Shown piece after piece: positions 1 through 8,528 of a stretch of 64,000 nucleotides of DNA. The stretch is taken from contig CP051526.1 of NCBI GenBank assembly GCA_050916045.1, forward strand, positions 2,976,001 to 3,040,000, in the 5' to 3' direction. The position numbers and the translations under genes were made by a program. The stretch is from Tepidisphaera sp. Lineage in GTDB: Bacteria; Planctomycetota; Phycisphaerae; Phycisphaerales; UBA1924. Each line of letters begins with the position of its first letter. Position 1 is the first letter of the stretch. Below the pieces are notes generated by a model. It was given only the letters and a program-made list of their open reading frames with translations. It was not told where the DNA came from and ran no database searches.

Positions 1-17
1 CCGGTCAGACCCGCGCT

Positions 18-758
18 TCACCCGTGCGATGAAGATCGTCGCAACTCGGGCACGTGCGTGAGCGTGGCAGAAGGGTCCCAGTCGCCCCACCTCGCATCAT
101 CCGATCCCGTCAGCCGCGACAGGTACCACTCCGCCGGCCGCTCGAGAAATCCAAGCCGCTCGGTGTGCGGGTTGGCGATCTGCGCGTCGATCATCGCGAA
201 CCCGCGAGCCCGGAGATGGCCCACCAGATGGACGAGGCAGACCTTGCTCGCGTCGGTGCCGCCAAGCTCGGGCTTTGAGAACATCGACTCCCCGCAGAAG
301 ACGCCGCCGCGGCCAAGGCAAAGGCCGTACAACCCGCCGACCAGTCGCGACGGCTCGCCCGCCTCGGTAAGCCATGCCTCCACGCTGTGCGCGAAGCCCT
401 CGACATGCAGCGTTTCGAAGATCTCGACGATGTCGGGGCTGATCCACGTCGAACGCTCGACCTCGCCCTCGATCAGCCTCGGGCCGGCGCAGGACCGGAC
501 CACCTCGCCGAACGCCGTGTCGCTCCGGATCTCGAACCGACCGGAACGCACGCGTTGGGCGAGCGTGGACGACACGCGGAACGCGCCCGGCTCGAGCGGA
601 AGCACACTCCGCTCATGCGGCTGCACCCACTCCGCCGGGCCGCCATCCTCGCTCATCGGGAACCAGCCCTGCCGGTACATCCCAAGCACGACCTGCACGA
701 TCGCCGAGCCCGAACGCTCGGGCCGGCTCGGATCATTCTGTGACGGATCGCCGGGCAT
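18..758 (-). CDS. aat: Leucyl/phenylalanyl-tRNA--protein transferase
   Basis: Motifs YRQGWFPM, DTAFGEVVRSCA, TWI, GFAHSVEAW, LVGGLYG, FCGESMFS, DASKVCL, IDAQ. Start placed at ATG 758, 7 nt after a TACGAT -10 hexamer. Confidence 0.92.
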   Translation of the reverse strand: MPGDPSQNDPSRPERSGSAIVQVVLGMYRQGWFPMSEDGGPAEWVQPHERSVLPLEPGAFRVSSTLAQRVRSGRFEIRSDTAFGEVVRSCAGPRLIEGEVERSTWISPDIVEIFETLHVEGFAHSVEAWLTEAGEPSRLVGGLYGLCLGRGGVFCGESMFSKPELGGTDASKVCLVHLVGHLRARGFAMIDAQIANPHTERLGFLERPAEWYLSRLTGSDDARWGDWDPSATLTHVPELRRSSSHG

Positions 759-781
759 GCAACCAATCGTACAATCCCTCC

Positions 782-1627
782 GTGCGGGCGTACGTCTCGA
801 TCCTCGACTGGCCACAGAGCATGACGGCCGACCGTCGCGTGGAAGCCATCGTCGCCGCGACCGGCCTTGATCCTCACACCGCCCGGCAGCGTGCCGCACG
901 CGGCGCACCCCAGGTCACCATGCTCGTCGATGCAGAGCTCGCGCCCGCGATCGTCGCCGGACTGACCGCCGAGGGCTTGCCGGCGTTCGCGCCGACCGAG
1001 GATGACCTCCTCCGCGCCCCCGCACCGCTCCGCGTCAAACGCCTCATCAAGCCAGAAGGAACGCCGCTGGCGATGTACATGGCGGAGATGTGGAAGGGCC
1101 CTTCGGAAGGGTTTCGCTGCGAAGATGTTGAACTGATCATCCGGGCCAGGGTGGATGAGACGACAGTCCGCACCGTGCTCGGGTCCGAGCCCGCCGCCCA
1201 CGGCCTGAGCGGCCCCGGAATGATGAGCCACCGCTCGCGTGCCTTCATCTCCGCCGCGTTCGACGCCGAATCGCCGGGGCTGGAAGCGAGAAAGACGATC
1301 ACACACGAATCCCGCCACGTGATCGATCTGTTCACCCGCGACGGCCGCCGCCTTCGCTGCGACTCCGCCAAGTTCAACTACGACGTGCTCGGGCCCGACC
1401 GCGGGATCTCCGACCTCCAGAGCAGCGAGCGGCTGGCCCTGCGCCTCGCCGAGGAATGCGAGAATGCTCAGATTGAAACCGGATTCCGCGAGTTCAGGTG
1501 CGCGGGGGACATCATCGCGTCCACCGAGCGCGCTCTCGGCGGGGTCACCGTCGCCAAACGCGACGAATCACCGGTGTTTGAGTTTTATTCGGCGTGGTCG
1601 TACTGTCGATTGAGGACGATGCAGTGA
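782..1627 (+). CDS. Hypothetical protein
   Basis: Long ORF with genome-typical codon use; GTG start 6 nt after TACAAT. Confidence 0.7.
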   Translation: MRAYVSILDWPQSMTADRRVEAIVAATGLDPHTARQRAARGAPQVTMLVDAELAPAIVAGLTAEGLPAFAPTEDDLLRAPAPLRVKRLIKPEGTPLAMYMAEMWKGPSEGFRCEDVELIIRARVDETTVRTVLGSEPAAHGLSGPGMMSHRSRAFISAAFDAESPGLEARKTITHESRHVIDLFTRDGRRLRCDSAKFNYDVLGPDRGISDLQSSERLALRLAEECENAQIETGFREFRCAGDIIASTERALGGVTVAKRDESPVFEFYSAWSYCRLRTMQ

Positions 1628-1703
1628 GGTCGGAAGCCTCGGCCGGTGAAATCGGCTGCCGGCGTTTCCGACCAACACCCAGACCCCCTCCCCGGAGTTT
1701 CGA

Positions 1704-1937
1704 ATGCACACCCAGGAACCTTCCTTCATCTCCGTGATCTCCGATCGCGACCTGATCGGATGGGTCCTTTTCGGGCTTTTCGTGCTCATCATCATCGGCA
1801 TCCGCTCGACGGTTTCGATCATCAAGTCCCTCGCGCGGGAGCGGACGCGCCGGGAGATCGCCGCGTACATCGCCGAAGGGTCGATGACGCCCGAGCAGGG
1901 CGAGCGCCTGCTCAACGCCGGCAAGACGAGTTGCTGA
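1704..1937 (+). CDS. Small single-pass membrane protein with SHOCT-like C-terminus (paralog 1)
   Basis: TM helix followed by RREIAAYIAEGSMTPEQGERLLNAG, shared with the next ORF. Confidence 0.75.
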   Translation: MHTQEPSFISVISDRDLIGWVLFGLFVLIIIGIRSTVSIIKSLARERTRREIAAYIAEGSMTPEQGERLLNAGKTSC

Positions 1938-1950
1938 AGAAAGGCCCCCT

Positions 1951-2190
1951 ATGCAGCCGTTCCTTCTCGCTTCGGACGCGGAAACCATCGTTCCGTCGGT
2001 CGCCATCCTGGGCGGGCTTCTGATCGCGGCACTGGCGATCATCTCCGGTACGATCAGGCGGATCTCTCAGACCAAAGAACGCGAGCAGTCCCGCCGCGAG
2101 ATCGCCGCGTACGTCGCCGAGGGCTCGATGAACGCCGAAGAAGCCGAACGCCTGATCAACGCCGGCCCGCGCCCGAAGAAGGACGATTGA
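1951..2190 (+). CDS. Small single-pass membrane protein with SHOCT-like C-terminus (paralog 2)
   Basis: TM helix followed by RREIAAYVAEGSMNAEEAERLINAG; AAGG SD-like sequence upstream. Confidence 0.78.
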   Translation: MQPFLLASDAETIVPSVAILGGLLIAALAIISGTIRRISQTKEREQSRREIAAYVAEGSMNAEEAERLINAGPRPKKDD

Positions 2191-2202
2191 CCGCCGCCCG
2201 CC

Positions 2203-3090
2203 TCACCGCCGGCGGATCAGGTCCCACACCGAGGACGCGACCGCGCGGATCGTCGCTTTGACCGTTTCCTTGGCGGCCTGCGTCGCCGCTTCCGCAACCA
2301 CACCCGAAGCCCGATCCTGCACGTCCCGCAAGCCCCCCACCATCTCGCGGAGCGTGCTTGCAATCGCGGGCAAAGCGTCGTGAGCGTGCAGCGCTGCCGA
2401 GATCGACGAGGCGATCGCTTCCTCGGACAAACCACGGGCTTTCTCTCGCCACGCTTGGGGAATCTCCGGGATCCCCGGCACATCCGGAAGGTCGCGTGGA
2501 AGCGGCGGCTTGAGCCCCGTCGTGAGCTCCACCCCCAGCGCCGCGATCGACAGAAGCTCGAGCTTGCGTGCGGTCGCGTCATCGTCGGCCGGACCGCCCA
2601 GCCGGCGAGCCAGCCCGTAATTCTCGAACCACGACCTTCCGTGCTGATCGATCAGGACCGAGGACGGGTCGACCACTCCCTGGACCAAACCCTGAGCGTG
2701 CGCGGCTTTGGCTCCAGCCCACAGGTGCTCGACGACCGTGGCCGCTTCCCGCGGCGAGAGGGTGCCCCCCTTCGTGCGCACGTGGTCGCGCAGCGTGAGG
2801 ACCCCCAGCGCCGATCCGGTGTACGGGGTCACCCAAGCGAGCCGCCCGCCCACTCCCGCCCAGAAGCCCCAGCCAAGAACAGGGAGCAGGTGCGGGCCCG
2901 TCACCGCAGCGCACGCCTGGATCGCCGCAAGCTCCGCCAGCCGACGCTTGCGACCCGCCGGCGGCCGCACGTGCACCACCGCGACGTCCCCCGAGCGGTC
3001 ATCGACGGCGAGAAGCCGCTCGCCGACCGTCGACTCCACGAGCTGTCGCGTGATGCGGAAGGAGCCGAATGCCGCGGTGGTGGTGTTCAC
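2203..3090 (-). CDS. Ser/Thr protein kinase-like fold protein, catalytic motifs degenerate
   Basis: Starts FGSFRITRQL; AHAQGLVQGVVDPSSVLID and FENYGLAR align to the HRDxKPxN and DFGLAR regions. Confidence 0.7.
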   Translation of the reverse strand: MNTTTAAFGSFRITRQLVESTVGERLLAVDDRSGDVAVVHVRPPAGRKRRLAELAAIQACAAVTGPHLLPVLGWGFWAGVGGRLAWVTPYTGSALGVLTLRDHVRTKGGTLSPREAATVVEHLWAGAKAAHAQGLVQGVVDPSSVLIDQHGRSWFENYGLARRLGGPADDDATARKLELLSIAALGVELTTGLKPPLPRDLPDVPGIPEIPQAWREKARGLSEEAIASSISAALHAHDALPAIASTLREMVGGLRDVQDRASGVVAEAATQAAKETVKATIRAVASSVWDLIRRR

Positions 3091-3308
3091 GAGTGATTAT
3101 TGGGAGAGAGGCCGGCGGGCTTTGCGCGAGGGGACGGAGTCGCATCCAGATTATCCATACAAAATCCAAAAACGACAGCTTTCTCACACCCTTGAACAAG
3201 CGTTCGTATTTTGGCAGGATGAGCATTCTCGGCTGTTGTCCCACCCTTGCCAGCCGATACACTCTGTGTCAGACTTTCCGCTCGGACGGCCGAGGTTGAG
3301 TCCCACGC

Positions 3309-4001
3309 ATGGCAGACGGACCACGATTTGACGTTGTCTTGATCGACGCTGGGCCCACCACGTGGGACCTCGCGGGCCGGCTCGCCGGTCGGATCGATCT
3401 GCCGCTTGCTCCAGAGGGCATTTCAGCTGTCTCGCAGGCCTGCCAAGCGTTCAACAAGACGCTGGGCCAGGTTCGGCCGGCTTTGCTCCTCTGCGGCCCC
3501 GACGAAGCGTCGCAGGCCGCGGGCAAGATCGCCGGCACCCTTCTTCGCAGCAAGCCCAAGGCGCTCCCCGGCTTGGCCGCGATGGACCTGGGCCTCTGGC
3601 AGGGGATGACCAAGGAGCAGTTACTGGACCGCTGCCCGAAAGTCTGCAAGACCATGCAGTGCGACCCCGCTTCGATCGTGCCCCCCAACGGCGAGCCGTG
3701 GAACGAAGCCAAGAGCCGCATCGTGAGCACCTTCCTGGGTGCCCTGCCCAAAAACCCCGGCACCGTCGTCGTGGTCGCCCGTCCGGGCACGCTGGTCGTG
3801 CTCCGAGCTGGGATCGATGAGCTTTCGAACCGCCCGCCGGAGCGCGACCACACCGTCCCGCCGGTCTGGGGTGAACCGTACCGCCTGACGCTCGAGCTTT
3901 CGGGGGCGACCGCCGGAGCGGGCGGCTGGCTTTCGATGTTCGGAGTGATGGGCGCTGTCGGCGTGATGGGGACACTCGCCGGCGGCTGGACGCACCGTTA
4001 A
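3309..4001 (+). CDS. Histidine phosphatase (phosphoglycerate mutase-like) family protein lacking RHG
   Basis: VVLIDAGPTTWD..GRIDLPL, MDLGLWQGMT, PPNGEPW, VVVVAR follow the family layout. Confidence 0.78.
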   Translation: MADGPRFDVVLIDAGPTTWDLAGRLAGRIDLPLAPEGISAVSQACQAFNKTLGQVRPALLLCGPDEASQAAGKIAGTLLRSKPKALPGLAAMDLGLWQGMTKEQLLDRCPKVCKTMQCDPASIVPPNGEPWNEAKSRIVSTFLGALPKNPGTVVVVARPGTLVVLRAGIDELSNRPPERDHTVPPVWGEPYRLTLELSGATAGAGGWLSMFGVMGAVGVMGTLAGGWTHR

Positions 4002-4070
4002 CCAAAGACCTCCAAGGCGCCCCGGAGGGGCGTTCGCAAGAGCAGGCCACGAAGGCCGAAGGATCAGCAC

Positions 4071-4970
4071 ATGACACAGATCTCAACCAAGCCCGCTTCC
4101 ACTCCGGCGACGACCGCCGCGGCCACCGCCGCCCCCGCCGCTCCGCGGACGTGGACCGAGCTCAAGCCCGCCCGGAAAGCGTCGATCCCCGAGGGTCTGT
4201 GGCTCCGCTGCCCCGGCTGCAGCACGATGATCTATCGCCGCCACCTCGAGGCCAACCTGCACGTCTGCCCCGAGTGCCAGCACCACTACCGCATCTCCGC
4301 TTCCGAGCGCGTCAAGCAGCTCGCGGACGAAGGGTCCTTCGTCGCGATGTTCGAGGGCTTGTCGCCCATGGACCCGCTGAAGTTCAAGGACCTCAAAGCC
4401 TACAAGGACCGCTTGCTCGCCGAGCAGATCAAGACGGGCGCGGTCGACGCGATCAAAGCCGGCCGCTGCTTCATCAAGGGCCGCGAAGCGATGATCGTCT
4501 GCCTGGACCTCACGTTCATGATGGGGTCGATGGGCTCGGTCGTCGGCGAGACGATCACGCGGGCGATCGAGGATGCGACCAAGACGAAGACGCCGGTGGT
4601 GGTCGTGAGCTGTTCCGGCGGCGCCCGCATGCAGGAATCGGGCTTGTCGCTGATGCAGATGGCCAAGACCTCCGCGGCGATCGCGCGGCACGATGATGCG
4701 GGCGGCCTGTTCATCAGCGTGCTGACGGACCCGACGACGGGCGGCGTGACGGCTTCGTTCGCGATGCTGGGCGACATCATCATGGCGGAGCCGAACGCTC
4801 TGATCTGTTTCGCGGGCCCGCGCGTGATCCAGCAGACGATCCGCCAGGAGCTACCCGAGGGCTTCCAGCGGTCGGAGTTCCTCAAGAAGAGCGGGTTCGT
4901 GGACAAGGTCGTCCCGCGGAGCGGCCTCCGCAGCGAGATCGCCCGCGTGATCGACTACGCGGGGGGATGA
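4071..4970 (+). CDS. accD: Acetyl-CoA carboxylase carboxyltransferase beta subunit
   Basis: GLWLRCPGC..CPEC zinc finger, GSMGSVVGE, SGGARMQE, PTTGGVTASFAMLGD, FAGPRVI, LPEGFQRSEFL. Confidence 0.97.
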   Translation: MTQISTKPASTPATTAAATAAPAAPRTWTELKPARKASIPEGLWLRCPGCSTMIYRRHLEANLHVCPECQHHYRISASERVKQLADEGSFVAMFEGLSPMDPLKFKDLKAYKDRLLAEQIKTGAVDAIKAGRCFIKGREAMIVCLDLTFMMGSMGSVVGETITRAIEDATKTKTPVVVVSCSGGARMQESGLSLMQMAKTSAAIARHDDAGGLFISVLTDPTTGGVTASFAMLGDIIMAEPNALICFAGPRVIQQTIRQELPEGFQRSEFLKKSGFVDKVVPRSGLRSEIARVIDYAGG

Positions 4971-5112
4971 TCGCGACATTCTGACGCCTGACCTGTTGCG
5001 ATACCGATTGCGACGAGGGCGGTCTTTGCCGCTTGCCGACGGCTGCAAATCGGGTGAAACGCTTTGGTAACGCGAGCATTTTGCGGTTTTGGTCGGCGGT
5101 GCGGCGGATTGC

Positions 5113-5141
5113 TTGACGCGCGGGGGGCGGGGCTTGATCAT
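5113..5141 (+). promoter_or_regulatory. Sigma70-type promoter of amtB (probably leaderless)
   Basis: TTGACG, 17-nt spacer, GATCAT, then 6 nt to ATG 5148. Confidence 0.6.
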
Positions 5142-5147
5142 GGGCCC

Positions 5148-6473
5148 ATGGATTTTCCGCTGTCCGGTCTGGTTCCTCTCTTCGCCGCGGCCGTGGTTCA
5201 GGTTCCGGGGGCGGCCTCCGCGCCCGTCTCGCCGCCCGTTTCGCCGCCGGTCGTCGATGCGGGTTCGACCGCGTGGATGCTCGTCTCTTCCGCGCTGGTG
5301 CTCCTGATGGTGCCGGGGCTCGCGCTGTTCTACGGCGGCATGGTGCGTCGGAAGAACATCCTGACGACGATGCTCCACTCGTTTGTCGCGATGGCGATCA
5401 TCGGTGTGCACTGGGTGCTGATCGGGTACGCGCTGGCGTTCGGCAAGTCGATCGGGGGCGTGGTCGGGTGGAACTGGGACTACTTCGCCTTCAGCGGGAT
5501 CACGCCGTCGACGATGTACGGCGACAAGCAGGTGCCCGAGCTCGTCTTCGCGATGTTCCAGGGCAAGTTCGCGATCATCACGCCCGCGCTCATCTCGGGC
5601 GCGGTCGCGGAGCGGCTGAGCTTCAAGGGGTACATCGCGTTCATCATCGCGTGGGTGACGTTCGTGTACTGCCCGCTGGCGCACTGGGTGTGGGCTTCGG
5701 ATGGCTGGCTTTTCAAGTGGGGTGTGCTCGATTTCGCGGGCGGGACGGTGGTGCACATCTCTTCGGGCGTTTCCGCGATGGTGCTGGTGTTCCTGGTGGG
5801 GAACCGGCGGGATTTCCCGGACGGGGCGATCATGCCCAACAGCCTGGTGCTGACGCTCGTGGGCGCGGGGCTGCTCTGGTTTGGGTGGTTCGGGTTCAAT
5901 GCCGGGTCCGCGGTGGCGGTCGAGACGCCGGTCGCGGGTTCCACGGCGGCGCTGGCGTTCACCACGACGCAGGTGGCGGCGGCGATGGCGGCGCTGGTCT
6001 GGATGATCCTGGAATGGAAGCACACGGGCAAGCCGACGAGCCTGGGGTTTGCTTCGGGGATCGTCGCGGGCTTGGTGGGCATCACGCCGGCGGCGGGGCA
6101 CGTGACGCCGGCGTGGGCGATGGTGATCGGCGGCCTGACGAGCGCGGTCTGCTTCTTCGCGGTGACGCTCAAGAGCAAGCACAAGCGGGACGACTCGCTG
6201 GATGCGTTCGGCGTGCACGGCGTGGGCGGAACCGTGGGCGCGATCGCGACGGGGATCTTCTGCTTCCAGCCGGCGAAGGGGTTGATCTACGGCGAGACCG
6301 ATCAGATCGTGAAGCAGCTTGCCGGGGCGGGCGTCGCGATCGCGTTCGCGGCGGTCATGACGCTCATCATCGGATCGATCGTGAAAGCGACCATCGGCCT
6401 CCGCGTCAACGACCAGCAGGAACGCGACGGGCTTGACATCTCCATCCACGGCGAGCGTGGGTACCACTTGTAG
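5148..6473 (+). CDS. amtB: Ammonium transporter
   Basis: PGLALFYGGMVR, DFAGGTVVH, LLWFGWFGFNAGS, DDSLDAFGVHG, GLDISIHGERGY; both pore histidines present. Confidence 0.97.
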   Translation: MDFPLSGLVPLFAAAVVQVPGAASAPVSPPVSPPVVDAGSTAWMLVSSALVLLMVPGLALFYGGMVRRKNILTTMLHSFVAMAIIGVHWVLIGYALAFGKSIGGVVGWNWDYFAFSGITPSTMYGDKQVPELVFAMFQGKFAIITPALISGAVAERLSFKGYIAFIIAWVTFVYCPLAHWVWASDGWLFKWGVLDFAGGTVVHISSGVSAMVLVFLVGNRRDFPDGAIMPNSLVLTLVGAGLLWFGWFGFNAGSAVAVETPVAGSTAALAFTTTQVAAAMAALVWMILEWKHTGKPTSLGFASGIVAGLVGITPAAGHVTPAWAMVIGGLTSAVCFFAVTLKSKHKRDDSLDAFGVHGVGGTVGAIATGIFCFQPAKGLIYGETDQIVKQLAGAGVAIAFAAVMTLIIGSIVKATIGLRVNDQQERDGLDISIHGERGYHL

Positions 6474-6526
6474 AGCGGGCATCGGGCATCAGGCAGCCGA
6501 GGGCTTGGCACCATCCGGACCACATC

Positions 6527-6886
6527 ATGAAACTCATCATCGCCATCATCCGTCCCGAACGCTTGCAAGCCGTGCAGGATGCGCTTCAGAAAGCCCTCGA
6601 CGAGGGGGACAACTACCGCCTCACCGTGAGCTCGGTCGACGGCCACGGCCGCCAGGCGGGCGAAGTCGAGTACTTCCGCGGGCAGGCCGTCCGCCAGCGG
6701 CTGGTCCAGAAGTCGCAGATCACCGTCGGCGTCAACGACCCGTACGTCGAGCCGGCGATCGCGGCCATCGTCAGCGCGGCGCGGACGGGCACGACCGGCG
6801 AGGTCGGCGATGGGAAGATCTTCGTCGTGCCGCTCGAGGAATGCGTCCAGATCCGCACCGGGGAGCGGGGCGGGCGGGCGATCTGA
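6527..6886 (+). CDS. glnK: P-II family nitrogen regulator
   Basis: MKLIIAIIRPERL, GHGRQ, ARTG..GEVGDGKIFV, IRTGERG; adjacent to amtB. Confidence 0.93.
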   Translation: MKLIIAIIRPERLQAVQDALQKALDEGDNYRLTVSSVDGHGRQAGEVEYFRGQAVRQRLVQKSQITVGVNDPYVEPAIAAIVSAARTGTTGEVGDGKIFVVPLEECVQIRTGERGGRAI

Positions 6887-6970
6887 TCCGGGGCGGGCCT
6901 CTTGAACCGGGCCCGGGCGGAGGGGCATCCCGCACGACCGCCGGAAGGACCCCCCGCCTACCCTCCGGAC

Positions 6971-8086
6971 ATGCCGATCCGCACCGCGTACACCGCCAAA
7001 ATCGACTACCTCTCGGTCCTCGACGAGAACGCCGTTCTGGACAAGGAACTGGCCAAGGACACGCTCAGCGATGAGCAGGTCCTGGACTACTACCAGTTCA
7101 TGATCGTCTGCCGGCACATGGACGAGATCGCCTTCAAGCTCCAGCGCTCGGGCCGCATGGGGACCTACCCGCAGAACAAGGGTCAGGAAGCGTGCGCGAT
7201 CGGCGTCGCGGCCGCGGCCAAGAAGGGCACCGACTGGATCGTCCCCTGCTACCGCGAGAACGCGGCGCTGTGGATGCACGGCCTCCCGATGCACTACATC
7301 CTGCTCCACTGGATGGGCGATGAGCGCGGGAACAAGATCCCCGAGGGTGTGTGCCAGCTCCCGCTGTGCATCCCGATCGGGACGCAGATGCTCCACGCGA
7401 CGGGGATTTCGTGGGCTTTCAAGATGCGGAAGGAAGCCAAGGTCGCCATCACGTTCTTCGGCGACGGAGCGACCTCCGAGGGTGACTTCCACGAGGCGAT
7501 GAACTTCGCTTCGGCGTTCCAGACCCCCACCGTCTTCATCTGCCAGAACAACCAGTGGGCGATCTCGACGCCCCGCGAGCAGCAGATGAACTCCGAGACG
7601 CTGGCTCAGAAAGCCATCGCCTACGGGATGCCGACGATGCAGGTGGACGGCAACGACCTCTTCGCGGTGTACAAGGGCGCGAAGGAAGCCATCGACCGGG
7701 CCCGCGCCGGCGGCGGCCCCTCCTTCATCGAAGCGGTGACGTACCGCCTGGCCGACCACACGACGGCGGATGACGCCCGCCGCTACCGCGACCCCAAGGA
7801 GGTCGAGGCGTGGGCGGGCAAGGACCCGATGATCCGCCTGCGCAAGTACCTCACGGCCAAGGGGCTGTGGAACGACGAGCAGCAGGCCGCGGCGCAGACC
7901 CGGGCCGAAGCGATCGTCTCCGAGGTGGTCAAGACCGCCGAGGGGATCGAGAAGCCGTCGACGGACGAGATCTTCGACAGCATGTTCGCGACCCTCCCGC
8001 CCGAGCTTGAGCGGCAGAAGCGGACGATGCGGACGAGCAGCCTGGGGCAGGACCCCTCGCAGGTCGGGCTGGCGAGCGGCCGGTAA
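6971..8086 (+). CDS. pdhA: 2-oxoacid (pyruvate) dehydrogenase E1 alpha subunit
   Basis: GQEA, FFGDGATSEGDFHEAMNFA, QNNQWAISTP, VDGND, TYRLADHTTADD. Substrate (pyruvate or branched-chain) not resolvable by eye. Confidence 0.9.
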   Translation: MPIRTAYTAKIDYLSVLDENAVLDKELAKDTLSDEQVLDYYQFMIVCRHMDEIAFKLQRSGRMGTYPQNKGQEACAIGVAAAAKKGTDWIVPCYRENAALWMHGLPMHYILLHWMGDERGNKIPEGVCQLPLCIPIGTQMLHATGISWAFKMRKEAKVAITFFGDGATSEGDFHEAMNFASAFQTPTVFICQNNQWAISTPREQQMNSETLAQKAIAYGMPTMQVDGNDLFAVYKGAKEAIDRARAGGGPSFIEAVTYRLADHTTADDARRYRDPKEVEAWAGKDPMIRLRKYLTAKGLWNDEQQAAAQTRAEAIVSEVVKTAEGIEKPSTDEIFDSMFATLPPELERQKRTMRTSSLGQDPSQVGLASGR

Positions 8087-8194
8087 CCGCGCGGAGCGGG
8101 TGACCCTGAAAGCGCAGCGATCAGGAGCGGTGCGGGCCCATGCGTGGCGCGGGCGGCTTTTGCGCGTGCTCGCGCGGGGCTGTTCTTCGCCGGC

Positions 8195-8383
8195 GTTCAG
8201 CCTTTGACGGTCGGCGTTCAACCCTTCACGCTCATCGTGAAGCCTTTCACGCTCGTCGTTCAACCCTTCACGCTCGTCGTGAAGCCCTTCACGGTCTTCG
8301 TTGAACCTTGCACGCTCATCGTGAAGCCCTTCACGGTCGTTGTGAAACCCTGCATGGTCGTCGTCAAGCCGCTCACGGCCGCC
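8195..8383. repeat. Tandem array of nine degenerate 21-bp units
   Basis: Units such as GTTCAACCCTTCACGCTCATC, GTGAAGCCTTTCACGCTCGTC, GTGAAGCCCTTCACGGTCTTC in exact 21-bp phase; no spacers. Confidence 0.95.
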
Positions 8384-8528
8384 GTTCAAGGCCGGATGCG
8401 GCCGGGATGCCGCTCATTCTTGCGCAAAAACGCCGCCGCCCGGTGCGTCCGGGCGGCGGCGGTGAGGATCGGAGTTCCTCCGAGAACGGTGGGTTCCCCC
8501 CTCCCGAGGTCTTGGGGGGGTGTGGGGG

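Noticed and set aside
3151..3159. DnaA-box-like TTATCCATA in an AT-richer spacer, suggesting oriC
   Set aside because: Single mismatched box, no cluster, no dnaA or dnaN nearby.
8195..8383. CRISPR array
   Set aside because: Units are contiguous and degenerate with no unique spacers; no cas genes in the window.
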